Shown in pieces: positions 1 through 11,140 of a stretch of DNA of 64,000 nucleotides. Under the pieces are notes generated by a model. It saw only the letters and a program-made list of their open reading frames with translations, made no database searches and was not told where the DNA came from. The translations under genes were made by a program, and so were the position numbers. Numbering within the stretch: the first letter of the stretch is position 1; every line of letters begins with the position of its first letter. The stretch comes from Sphyrna mokarran. Taxonomy: Eukaryota. Where the stretch lies: the NCBI GenBank assembly GCA_024679065.1, contig JAGIQG010000024.1, forward strand, positions 3,100,001 to 3,164,000, written 5' to 3'.

Positions 1-3000
1 GAAAGAAGGGCACCTGTATAGAAGGGACGGGGAACACTTAAATGGGAAGGGCGTGAATATCTTAGCTGGGAGGTTAGCTGGAGTGTTTTGGCAGGATTTA
101 AACTAATATGGAGGGGGGAGGGGCTGAGACTGATAGCTCGGTAGAGAGTGAGATGGGAGATAGAGTAAGCTTGGATGAGAAGAAATACACCAGGGAGAAG
201 GAGGTTCCGAGTGGGCTTGGAGATCTGGAGTGTGTCTGTTTCAATGCGAGGAGCGTAACAGGAAAAATGAATGAACTTAGGGCCTTAATGTTTGCGAGGA
301 ACTTGGATGTGGTTGCAGAGACGGAGATGTGGTTAAAGGAAGGGGAGCAGTGGCAGCTGAACATTCCTGGGTATAAGTGTTTCAGGCGTGACAGAGAAGG
401 GTCCAGAAGAGGTGGAGGAGTGGCATTGTTAGTTAGGGAGAGCATCACAGCGGTGCAGAGGAAGGACAATTCAGAGGAGTTAGGAGTGGAGTCGCTGTGG
501 GTGGAGTTGAGGAATAAAAAGGGGGTGATTACTATGCTAGGGCTGTACTATAGGCCACTCAACAGCCCGCCGAAGAAGACATATGTAAAGACATTTTGGA
601 TAGGAGCAGAAAGAACAGAGTCGTTATAGTGGGAGATTTTAATCTCCCTAGGGTGGATTGGAAAGTACATAGAGCTGGGGGTTTGGATGGGGAGGAATTT
701 GTAAAATGTGTACTGGAAGGATTATTGGAGCAGTATGTAGCTAGCCCGACTAGAGAAGGGGCTATATTGGATTTAGTTCTGAGTAATGAGCCAGAGCAGG
801 TGGTTGATGTTGTAATAGGGGAACATGTGGCTAACAGTGACCACAATTCTGTCTATTTTAGGATACAGATGGAAAAGGATGCTTGTTGCCGAGGGACAGG
901 GTGCTGAATTGGTGGAAGGCTAACTACGGTCGGATTAGGCAGGAACTTATGGAAACTGATTGGGAACGGTTGTTCAAGGGTAAGTCCACGCTGGGCATGT
1001 GGGACTTTTTCAAGGGAATACTGAAAATGTTGCAATAAAGATATGTGCCGGCCAAGAGGAAAGACAGGAAAGGTAGGATTAGAGAGCCGTGGATTACTAG
1101 GGATATCGAGGACTTGGTTAGGAAGAGAGGCGTATGTTAGGTCAAAGCAGCTGGGAATGGAGAGAGCATTGGAGAAATATAGAGAGAATAGGAGGGAGCT
1201 CAAACGGGGAGTTAGAAGGGCAAAAAGGGGGCATGAAATGATTTTGGCGGATAGGATTAAGGAAAATCCAAAGGCTTATTACTCCTATGTTAGAAATAAA
1301 AGGGTGGTTAGAGGAAAAATCGGACCTCTTAGGGATAGAGCAGAGGAACTGTGGTTAGAGCCCAAGGGAATGGGGGAGATCCTGAATGAATACTTTGCGT
1401 CGGTATTCACGAAGGAGAAAGCCTTGTTGACCGGTCCCATCTCTGAGGGAGCTGTAGACTAGTTGAGGGAAATATCAATACTGAGGGAAGGAAGTGTTAG
1501 AGCTTCTAGGTAGCATTAAAATTGATAAATCTCCGGGGCCTGATGGCATATATCCCAGGCTGTTTACTGAGGCACAAGGTGAAATTGCTGGGCCTCTGAC
1601 GCAAATCTTTGTCTCTTCTTTCGACACAGGTGAGGTTCCAGAGGACTGGAGAATAGCTAATGTTGTACCGTTGTTTACAAAGGGTAGTAGGGATAACCCT
1701 GGAACTTATAGGCCGGTGAGTTTGACGTCAGTGGTAGGGAAGCTATTGGAGGGGATTCTTAGAAATAGGATGCATAGGCACTTAGAGTGTTGCAATTTGA
1801 TTAGGGATACGCAGCACGGATTTGTTAAGAGGAGGTCGTGTCTTACGAATCTGGTAGAATTTTTTGAGGTGACGAAAATGGTTGACGAAGGGCGAGCCGT
1901 TGATGTCGTCTATGTGGATTTCAGTAAGGCGTTTGACAAAGTCCTTCATGGGAGGTTAGTTGAAAAGGTCAAGGCTAATGGGATACAAGGACAGGTAGCT
2001 AGATGGATAAGTAACTGGCTTGGTAATAGGAGACAGAGAGTAATAGTGGAAGGATGTTTCTCTAGCTGGAGGTCGGTCACTAGTGGTGTGCCGCAGGGCT
2101 CGGTACTGGGACCTCTTCTATTTGTAATATATATAAATGACTTGGAAGAGGGAGTAAGTGGAGTGATCAGCAAGTTTGCAGACGATACAAAGATGGCTGG
2201 ACTTGCAGATAGTGAGGAACATTGTCAGGCAATGCAGCAGGATATAGATAGGCTGGTAGCTTGGGCAGACAGATGGCAGATGGAATTCAATCTGGATAAG
2301 TGCGAGGTGATGCATTTTGAGAGAAAGAATGTAGTGGGGAGGTATATGATAAAGGGTAGACCTATTAGGAGTATAGAAACGCAGACGGACCTGGGGGTGC
2401 AGGTCCACAAGTCTCTGAAGGTGGCAGAACAGGTGGAGAAGGTTGTGAAGAAAGCATATGGTATGCTAGCCTTTATAGGAAGGGGTACAGAGTACAAGAT
2501 CTGGCCTTTAATCTTGCAGTTGTATAAAACATTGGTTAGACCTCATTTGGAATACTACATCCAGTTCTGGTCGCCTTACTACTGGAAGAACGTGGAGACT
2601 CTGGAGAGAGTGCAGAGGAGATTTACCAGGATGCTGCCTGATATGGAAGGTCTGAGTTACGAGGAGAGGTTAGGCAAATTGGGGCTGTTTTCCTTAAAAA
2701 GATGTAGACTTAGAGGAGATCTAACAGAGGTGTACAAAATTATGAGGGGTAGAGATAGAGTAAACAGGGTTAAGCTTTTTCCTAGGATGGACTCAAAAAG
2801 CACGAGGGGTCATGGGCTTAAGGTCAGGGAGGTAAGGTATAATTTGGATGCTAGAGGGAGTTTTTTTTCCACACAGAGGGTGGTAGGGGTATGGAACACA
2901 CTGCTAAGTAAAGTGGTGGAGGCAGGCACTCTGGAGTTATTTAAGAGATACTTAGATGGGCACATGAACAGAATGGGAATGGAGGGATATAGAAAACTGA

Positions 3001-3469
3001 TTTAAAATAGGGATCATGAGCCTTGGGAGTCCCTGGAAAGTGTGTAAATAGATGATGATATTGATGTACTTGTTTTTATCCTACAGGTGCTTTGGTCCAC
3101 CTTGTTGTCTAACAAGGGGCATATACACGATGGGTCGTGAGAGGGCTGCTCTTGGATTTTTTTTGAGAGTATCCTAATGCTTCACATCGTTAGTGTACGC
3201 TTGACCTGGACCATTTGATGGGCAACATGACAGCTCAGTGACTATTGCTGTGCTGTGCAGATACGTAGATTTGGGCCTGTGTCTGTGGGAGTTTGCGCGT
3301 TCTCCCTGTGCTTGCCTGGGTTTTCTCCAGGTATTCCAGTTTCCTCCCACATCCCAAAAGATGTACTCTTAGGCTAATTGGCAGAACAAATTCTCCCTAA
3401 ATTGTCTCAAATTTGGTTTCAATCCATAGATCTATAAAAAATAGATAGGAATCACAGGTAGAGGTAGGA
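1..3469 (+). mobile_element. CR1-clade LINE, long copy running off the left edge (end of ORF1, frameshifted ORF2, long composite 3'UTR)
   Basis: 2-106 encodes an SGNH-esterase-like ORF1 end (DGEHLNGKGVNILA, stop 104-106). ORF pieces 108-629 and 596-907 give the APE endonuclease (CFNARS, GDFNLP, SDHN). 1494-3005 gives the RT (GVPQGSVLGP, FADDTK, RGHGLK). The 3'UTR 3006-3469 matches 57225-57690. Confidence 0.95.
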
Positions 3470-3520
3470 TAAATGAGGTGGTAGCACATAAGCAGGTGAA
3501 GGCAAGAGATGTGATGCAGG

Positions 3521-3526
3521 TTTATT
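3521..3526 (-). promoter_or_regulatory. candidate polyadenylation signal (AATAAA) of the B7-family gene
   Basis: TTTATT on the + strand about 240 nt beyond the stop codon at 3768. Confidence 0.55.
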
Positions 3527-3767
3527 TCATTAAAATAAATATCTCCAAAAGCTTCTCATGCTACATATCGTGCATTGAGTTGTTTAAATTACAAACACAA
3601 TTTTCAAAATATAAATAAAGTTAAATTTCTCCTGATCCTGCAGGAGTTAATGACATTTACATTTGGGCAGAGCTTTAAGAAGCAGTAATTCCATCTTGCT
3701 TCATGGCTACTTGGATAAATAATCACACATTTCCCTGAATGGTCCATCAAGAATTACAGAATCCATT

Positions 3768-3904
3768 TTAAAGTTCTCCTGTTATTTTACGATGATGTTT
3801 CTTGCACACAACTGTCACCAGCATTAATATAATGAGAAATTCAGTGACAAGGAGAGAGACAAGTGACCATCGAATTCTTGTCTGTGCTTCAGGAGTTTCC
3901 AATT
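3768..3904 (-). CDS. B7-family gene exon 4: stalk, transmembrane segment and short cytoplasmic tail
   Basis: Acceptor ttttcctttttctcag, phase 1. Reads (E)LETPEAQTRIRWSLVSLLVTEFLIILMLVTVVCKKHHRKITGEL*: a hydrophobic stretch followed by basic stop-transfer residues. Confidence 0.85.
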
Positions 3905-4244
3905 CTGAGAAAAAGGAAAATAACTGTTGGTGGTTTCAGCTTTAACTTCATTTTTTTGGTTCATGGTTTAAAATACAATGAAAGAACAGTTTTAAGAATC
4001 CAATTTATGATTTTTTTACAATGGATAGTGTAATAAGACCCTAAATCAGGAACAATATTTAACAGAATATAACACCTTTAACACTGAAAAAACATCCCAA
4101 AGCAGCAAGCAAAGAAAAGCACTTGATGTTATATCATGTCATTCATGATTGCAAAGCAATTTACAACCAATGAAGTATTTGAAACTCAGGTCATTAGTGT
4201 AATGCAGGGAGAACAGAGGCAATATGTGCAAAACAAGCAAATCT

Positions 4245-4345
4245 CCCACTCATCTGACAAAAGGAGCAGTGCCCCAAAAGCTAGTGGCACTTGCAACCAA
4301 ATAAACCTGTTGTACTTTAACCTGGTGTTGTGAGACTTCTTACAA
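4245..4345 (+). mobile_element. Penelope-like pseudo-LTR fragment with a decayed hammerhead motif
   Basis: ctgacaaaaggagcagtgccccaaaagctagtg...aataaacctgttg...ggtgttgtgagacttcttac; related to 12170-12290, 35480-35585, 53900-54140 and 56000-56085. Confidence 0.6.
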
Positions 4346-4704
4346 CAAGCTCCACCTGACTCAACAAGATTGGTGCTAAAGGGAGACATGAACACACAAC
4401 CACCTATCACTGACGGATGATATCTGCAAAAGGAAATATTGGATGGGAAGGCACAATAATAAAATCTATGTCTTTGACTAATCAAAGGGAAATTTTAAAG
4501 GAGAGGGGGGGATAGAAGGAGTAGGGTGATAGGGAAGGAGTTTGCCAGCAGCCAGAAGTAGTAAGTTAGGAGTAGAATTCTTAATTTTGAAGGTTCCAGA
4601 TACAAAGAGAGATAAGGCCACAAAAAAAAAAAAAGACTAGAAACAAGAATTTTAAATCTGAGGCACTGTGGTGATGAAGGCCAGTGAGCATTGGGTGAAA
4701 GTTC

Positions 4705-4960
4705 ATAGAATTATTGAGCCACTACAGTAGAGAATGAGGCCATTCGTCTCAAGTCTGTACTGTCTCTGAAGACCATCCACCCCAGGCCGTCCCCTTGCAC
4801 ATTTACCATGGTTCATCCACCTAAGCAAGATATCTTTGAACCATAAAGAAAACCATGCAGACAGGGGGAATTTGCAAACCGCAAAGAGACAGACACCCAA
4901 GGCTAGAATTTAACTCGGGTCCCTGGCACCATGATGTAGCAATGCTAACGACTGTGCCAC
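4705..4960 (-). mobile_element. HE1/V-SINE-like tRNA-derived SINE
   Basis: The reverse strand reads gtggcacagtcgttagcattgc...gggacccgagttaaattc (A/B boxes), then a V-domain remnant and a CR1-like tail. Confidence 0.7.
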
Positions 4961-5479
4961 TCATTGGGTCTCAGACCAGGATGGGATAAAGGATAGGAGT
5001 TTTGGAAGGGCTGGAATTTATATAGGGAGCAGGATTCCAAAATCGCAAAGAGGGAGAGAGAGTGATGGAGAGACAACAAGAAACATTGCAGTATTCTAGT
5101 CACAATTGTCTAGAGTCAAAAGGTATTTAAAAGCAAAAAAAAGTTTGTTAAAAATCACAAATTCAAACATGCAGCTGTTCTTTCATGATCTTGGAAACTG
5201 ATAAATATCAATAAAATCAGCCGTTTAGACTTATGATACTGAAATAGAAGCTATATGAAAATAAGAATCAATTTGTAGAAGGACTATTTCTGTTTTTAGC
5301 AACCAAAACTGTGACACATCACTCACAGAAACCTGGGGGACAAACTAGAAAAATGCAGCTGGTTCCTACATTTCATGTCAATTCATTGTTCTCCATTAAG
5401 GTGTAGTAATTCAGCACTGCATTACAAGACAACATGAGCTTCAGAATATAGAGTGTGTCAGATATACAAGTGAACCTAC

Positions 5480-5764
5480 CTTTAGAAAGGCCAAATGTTC
5501 GAGAGACTGATTGATGTAGTACATCATTCCTTAATCTAAATGTGTAGTTAGAACTTCTATTGGCATCACTGACTTCCAGAATACTCTGCAGTGAATAGAG
5601 ACCATCTCCACTTTGCTGGTATAAAGTCTCAGACAATGGAGAAATATCCTTGTTTTCGTCATTGTACCAGGAAACGGAAGCTTTGGGATAACCTTGGGAT
5701 TCAAATTTGAACACTGTCCCAGAAGGTCTCAGATGAATAGAAAAATCAGGTTCCTTGTAAAATG
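5480..5764 (-). CDS. B7-family gene exon 3: IgC-like domain lacking cysteines
   Basis: Acceptor ccctgcag, donor G|gtaggt, 285 nt, phase 1-1. AFYKEP...FESQGYPKASVSW...DGLYSLQSIL...NYTFRLRN follows the B7/butyrophilin C-domain pattern. Confidence 0.9.
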
Positions 5765-6863
5765 CTGCAGGGCAAATGCAGACAAGTCGTCAGAAACAAG
5801 AAATAAACAAAATTATGCCAACTAGGGTCTCCCCCATTAATTACCATAATTGAATGCAATAAAAAAAAAAATGTTCAAATGACAAGTCTGAGTACAAACA
5901 GATCAGTGACAGTTAGTGATCAATTTGTAAAGATGTTTAAACCACAAATTAATAATGTAGCCATAACATTACTATAATATCCAACAGGCTGCTGTTAGAG
6001 CAGATTCAGTATTGAGTAGAATACTGTTCAGCAGTTTAGATTGCCACTGATGGACATTAAGATATAGTCAAACAGGGTTAAAATCAGCTACTCATGTTCA
6101 ATTGGAACTGACTTTTTATATGGTGACAGCACCCCAGCAGACGAAATGACCTATAACTGCTGAATGGGCTGCCTGTAACTCTTCTTGAAAATAAAGAGAG
6201 TCTCTGAGCAGCTGGCTGAGTGTGCTGTTTTTTAATGTTACCCAGTCACTCGTTAGACTGATGGGCACAAATATCAACTTGTGATTTCACAACTACTCCC
6301 ATGACTCCGGATTACTATCCTCCCAGCCAGAACTGGCAGCTTCTGAACTCAATTTTATCAATCTAGCAGATGGGAAAATGTAAATGAGTTTTAGGAAATT
6401 GGATCTGATCATTAAATCCACAAGATTCACCACATTTCACTGGAATTCTATCATGAGATTTAGAATACAAATTGAAGCATGTGTTTACTCCTTCCATTCC
6501 TGATATTTTCCCTCCCCTTGCTCCTGTAAGAGTTTGAAGCTTTGCTGGGGTAAACAGTGTCATGTTCAATTAGTTAAATCATCATCATTCATATACGCAA
6601 CTCTCAATATTCACCTATGATGGCTACATCAGCTTAATGATGTCCAATTGGTAAAGTGAACAGCCAATAGGGGAGTTTCCACCTTAAGAGACATGGCAAG
6701 GTCAGCCAATACCCTGTTGGGAGTAGAGAGGAGCTAAACCCTGTGACAATCCACTTGGTCTGTACTGCTTACTTTAGACACTCACTCACTGGATCATTGC
6801 AGGTTACCAAGAAGCATGATTTTGATATACAGCACAGAGACCCAAAAAAATAGAAAGAAGTAC

Positions 6864-7217
6864 CAGCAAATATTAGAGACAGCGTGTCGTGGCCACCTCC
6901 CTTTGTATTACTGACAAAGCACTTGTATTGTCCAGCATCCTCTGCTCTCACTCCTTCCAGCTTCATTGAGGCATTCCCGTGTTTTAATTCCTCATGGAAT
7001 AAGCTTGTCCTCCCCGAATAACGAGAGCTTTGGTGACTCAGTTGCTCTTTCCCATAATAATAACTAAAAACAACTTCCTCAGTCTCGACTCGTTGCCAAT
7101 TGATGACCAATCCATCGAGTGACGATTTATCCTGAACTGTAAAGCTACATCCCAGCACTGTATACTGGCCATAGATAGCAGTCACTGGGGTCTCTGAGGT
7201 ATAAACCCTAAATTCAG
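6864..7217 (-). CDS. B7-family gene exon 2: IgV domain (CD276/VTCN1/HHLA2-like)
   Basis: Acceptor tttcttcacag, donor G|gtactt, 354 nt, phase 1-1. LGCSF, INWQ, YSGRTSLF, GNASMKL and EDAGQYKC are typical B7 IgV motifs. Confidence 0.93.
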
Positions 7218-8119
7218 CTGTGAAGAAAAAAAAAAGCGAATATAGGAGGTTTATTGCAAAAATCAGTTTAAGGACAGTTAATCTGACCATATTTAACCTT
7301 GAACACATCAAAAAAAACAAACAAACTGCAAATTATTTCTCTGCTTTCTCTCTTCTCTTCTCCCCTTCCTCTGATGGAAGGATATTTCCTGATACGTTGT
7401 CTCACCGATTCACTCAACAAGCTCACCTGAACGTTACAGGAACTGAACTGGTCAAGGTCATTGCCCAGCAATCAGGACAGGACCCAAAATCCATCTTTTT
7501 AAACTTACTGTAGCCAGAGGACTCCAGGCTTCCCGTTCCCTTGCAGTCCAATTCAATCCTGCCCCAATTTAAAATTTGTTAGGACAGACTATGCAACAAG
7601 TCTAGTATCTCCTTGTGTGCGTGCCTGGTGTCAAAGCAGGGTCTCTGTCCATCCTGAGGGAGGACAGAAAGTTTGGAAATTGATGGGAATATTAAAATAA
7701 ACATGGAATGCTGAGAGAGGACAAGGAGCAGATAAATAACTTCCACACATGTGACAGAGGGTACCAAAAGCCCAAATATAAAATCAATATAATAAATATT
7801 AGCTGAATAACCATGAATGTACTAACACCATTGAAGGAAAGAGTAATGATTGAAATGCCTGATACAGGGGGATTGGACTGGATAATTGGTTAAATATTGG
7901 TCTCTCAACTCTGCGATTAGGGATGAATCCAATCCAAGTTGAGAATCTTCATGAATCGATACCATTTGCAGAATTTTAACCGTTTCCCCTCCAGATCCCA
8001 CTGACCACGAACGCGATATAAAACTGCCCCAAATTAGCAATCTCACTTCAAGTTTCACAGGCTGAGTAAGATCATTGGAGGGAAAATGTTTGAAATGCTC
8101 TAGACTGATTAGATTGAAC

Positions 8120-8270
8120 ATAGAAAAAAACAAGATGCCGGAAAAGCTCAGCAAGTCAGACAGCATCTACTTTTAGCTTGTGTGCCTTTGGTCAGAGTTC
8201 CGATGAAAGATCACTCGACCCGAAGTGTTGACTGTTTTATTCCACAAATTATTCAGAAATTCAGCAACTT
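8120..8270. repeat. quasi-palindromic repeat family with a hammerhead-like core (decayed copy)
   Basis: atgccggaaaagctcagcaagtcagacagcatct...gatgaaagatcactcgacccgaagtgttgact; same family as 40485-40660 and 59470-59655. Confidence 0.55.
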
Positions 8271-8578
8271 GAGTTAAAATGTTCAGCTCCCCTACATAGA
8301 CCGCCCTCTCCTCAAAATTTAACCACAACATAAAAATCAGTAAAAAGCACAGAAAACGCCGAGCTCTTTTAGTAAACAGACACCAGGCTGTTTGTTCTCA
8401 AAATAATTTGGTAAATTTCCAACACAAGAACAATATTTGTGGAAAGTACCCACCAAAATTACCAGGCATTACAAATAAACATGTACTTGCTTTGGGCTAA
8501 TCTGGTGAAAAGGACAGTTTAAACTGTGTAGATTATTTACTAAAATATGTCAGAGAATTCTTTAATTGAAAGACTTAC

Positions 8579-8651
8579 CAAGAGTTGAACTAAATCCTGC
8601 CACGAGCAAAGCAGCAAGCAGGTTTGTCAAAACACTTTGATCACTTTTCAT
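8579..8651 (-). CDS. B7-family gene exon 1: signal peptide
   Basis: ATG at 8651 gives MKSDQSVLTNLLAALLVAGFSSTL plus a phase-1 G|gtaagt donor. It splices in frame to the IgV exon; total CDS 849 nt, 282 aa. Confidence 0.85.
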
Positions 8652-8759
8652 AATATTTAATCACTTATCGGACAGGGGCACAGCCGCCACCTGTAACTCC
8701 ACTCACCACCTCCTCTCTCAGCTCTGTTCACTTACCCAGTTAATGGTTCTAATATAAAA

Positions 8760-9010
8760 AGTTACAAACTGGGCGGTCCCAGAGTCGTTATATCCCATGA
8801 CGATTCACGTCATTGTGTGTATCGGAATCTCCATGGTGATTCTTAATAAGACTGGGGAGAAATGGAACTTCCACTTCCTCCGAAGTTTATCTGTGGTTCC
8901 GTCACAGTTTTCTACTGCGATATTTTCAGTGTAAATGCAGCCTCTGTGAAACATCGGACAGACTCCCAACAACATGATATAAAATCACCACAGACAGAAA
9001 ATGAAAACGA
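8760..9010 (-). promoter_or_regulatory. putative proximal promoter of the B7-family gene
   Basis: GC box GGGCGG at 8771, CRE-like CACGTCA near 8806, NF-kB-like GGAATCTCC at 8824 and GGAACTTCC at 8864, IRF-like GAAAATGAAA at 8997, and locally raised CpG. Confidence 0.4.
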
Positions 9011-10261
9011 GCTAATTGCCAGCAGCTAAAATCTGTGGAGAGAGAAACAGAGTTCATGTGCCACATTGTATACATACCAGCTAAAAGATGCATTGTAGCA
9101 AGGCTCCTTAGACAGCAATCTCCAACCCCAGGATATCGGGATGTGTTTAACACAAACTGCTGGAAACTAGGCATCAAAAACATCCTAATATTTGTTATTA
9201 TTTACAGTTGTTTACCGGCTTCCATTAGCACATCGCTCCTTCCAGAACCATCTCGGAGTTTCTGTGATAAGGAAATGATGATGTATGTTAGCATTAGCAT
9301 AATGAATATTAACCCTTCACAAACTACAGCGTCCAGATAGACTGATCACTGGATTTTAAATTTCAATTCAAATTTCATCATCTGCTGCTTTGTGATTCTT
9401 ACCCTGGTGCTCGGGGCATTAGCCTGGGTCTCTGGATTACTGGTCAGTAACAACACTACTGTGCCACTGCCTCCTCCTTCATGTCAGACCCATTCCCCTG
9501 ATGTTGGGGGGCAGTAACTCTCACCACCTTTTTTTTAAGGTCACTGACCATTTATCAGAATAAGGAGGAGTTTGAAATCTAACAGTATTTAACCAAGGGA
9601 GCATTGGCCCATATTCACTGTAAGTCCACCCAGTAAAAATGTATTTGGGGCCCAGAACCTCAAACTATTGTTTACGAGGTGCAGTGACCTCCCTGCCCCA
9701 ATAATGTGGACAATCTACAATCACCTAGAAACCTAGTGGTGATCCTCCAAATCCAATGTGAAGAAAAGTGGCTCAACAATTACAATGTGCCCCGTATTGC
9801 AATGCTAATCAGACAGAACAGCTTCACTGGGCAGGACATGTCATTCTACTGCCAGACACCAGACCCACCGCTCTCTTCGGAATTTGGTCATGGTTTAGAC
9901 GCCACCTGTCCTGCGCATGGCAGAGTTTTCAGGTCACACACTGGGTGTAATCACCATCATAGAACCTATTAAACCAGAGTGAATCATATCATGCTCGATC
10001 CTGTGAGACTGCCACCACCCCCCCTACCCATTCAACAGAAACATTTAACCCACGCTCACACCCACAGTCAGACCCAACCACATCAGTTTAAAGCTTGTTT
10101 TTAAGCATGTTCACCAACTTACACTGAATTATGGCAACACAGCAAGTTCAGCACGTGACCCAGATTTTAGAATCAATTTTTATATTTATTTGAGTCAGAA
10201 ATAATAAAATATCATCTCAATTTTTAATGTATTTAGTTATAGAAACAGTGACCTGAGTAAT

Positions 10262-11140
10262 ATTTGATTTGTTTTGATGTATTATTGTTACATATATTAG
10301 TATACAGTGAAAAGTATTGTTTCTTGCACACTTTACAGACAAAGCATACCATTCGTAGAGAAGGAAATGAGAGAGTGCAGAATGTAGGGTGTGGAGAAAG
10401 ATCAACTTAATGCAGGGTAGGTCCATTCAAAAGTCTGATGGCAGCAAGAAAGAAGTTGCTCTTGATGCATTTGTTGATACGTGACCTCAGAATTTGAATC
10501 TTTTTCCCAACAGAAGAAGGTGGAAGAGAGATTGTCCGGGTTCCATGGGGTCCTTGATTATACTGGTTGTTTTGCTGAGTTGGCGATAAGTGTAGACAGA
10601 GTCAATGATGGGAAGCTGCATGATTGATTGGGCTACATTCACGACCTTTTGTAATTTCTCACGGTCTTGGGCAGAGCAGGAGCCATACCAAGCTGCGATA
10701 TAATCAGAAAGAATGCTTTCTATGGTGCATCTGTAAAAGTTGGAGACAGTTGTAACTGACATGCAAATTTCCTTGGTCTTCTTGGAAAGTAGAGGTGTTG
10801 GTGGACTTTCTTAGCTATAGTGTTGGTTGGGAGGGGGGAAATCAGGACTGGTTGATCTGGTTGATCTAAAAATTTGAAAATTTCGATCATTTCTACTTCA
10901 ATCCCATTGATGTAGACAGGGGCATGTTCTCCTCTATGCTTCCTGAAGTTGATGACAATCTCCTTCATTTTGTTGACATTGAGGGAGAGATTATTATTCC
11001 CTGTATCTTTTCTGTACTCTGTCTCATTATTGTTTCAAATCCAACCCATTATGGTGGTGTCATCAGTAAACTTGAAAATTGAATTGGGGGGGAATTTAGC
11101 CACACAGCCATAGGTGTAGAAGCAGGATAGCAGGGGGAGG
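10262..11140 (-). mobile_element. Rex1/Babar-type LINE 3' fragment
   Basis: FTDDTTIMG, KKVHQHLYF, NFYRCTIESIL and AWYGSCSAQDREKLQKVV peptides; (ATCAA)n-like tail. Confidence 0.85.

Noticed and set aside
1946-2497. Antisense ORFs over the CR1 RT region (also 14466-14999 and 17213-17881)
   Set aside because: Recurrent shadow frames of the RT coding sequence with no independent evidence
3100-3200. Faint resemblance of the CR1 3'UTR block (aacaaggggc...tgcttcacat) to the picornavirus type II IRES J-K region
   Set aside because: Only two short words match and no downstream ORF is conserved; not supportable without a covariance search
6769-7320. ORF-track 183-aa protein with apparent N- and C-terminal hydrophobic segments
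   Set aside because: The flanks are intronic read-through; splice sites limit the true exon to 6864-7217
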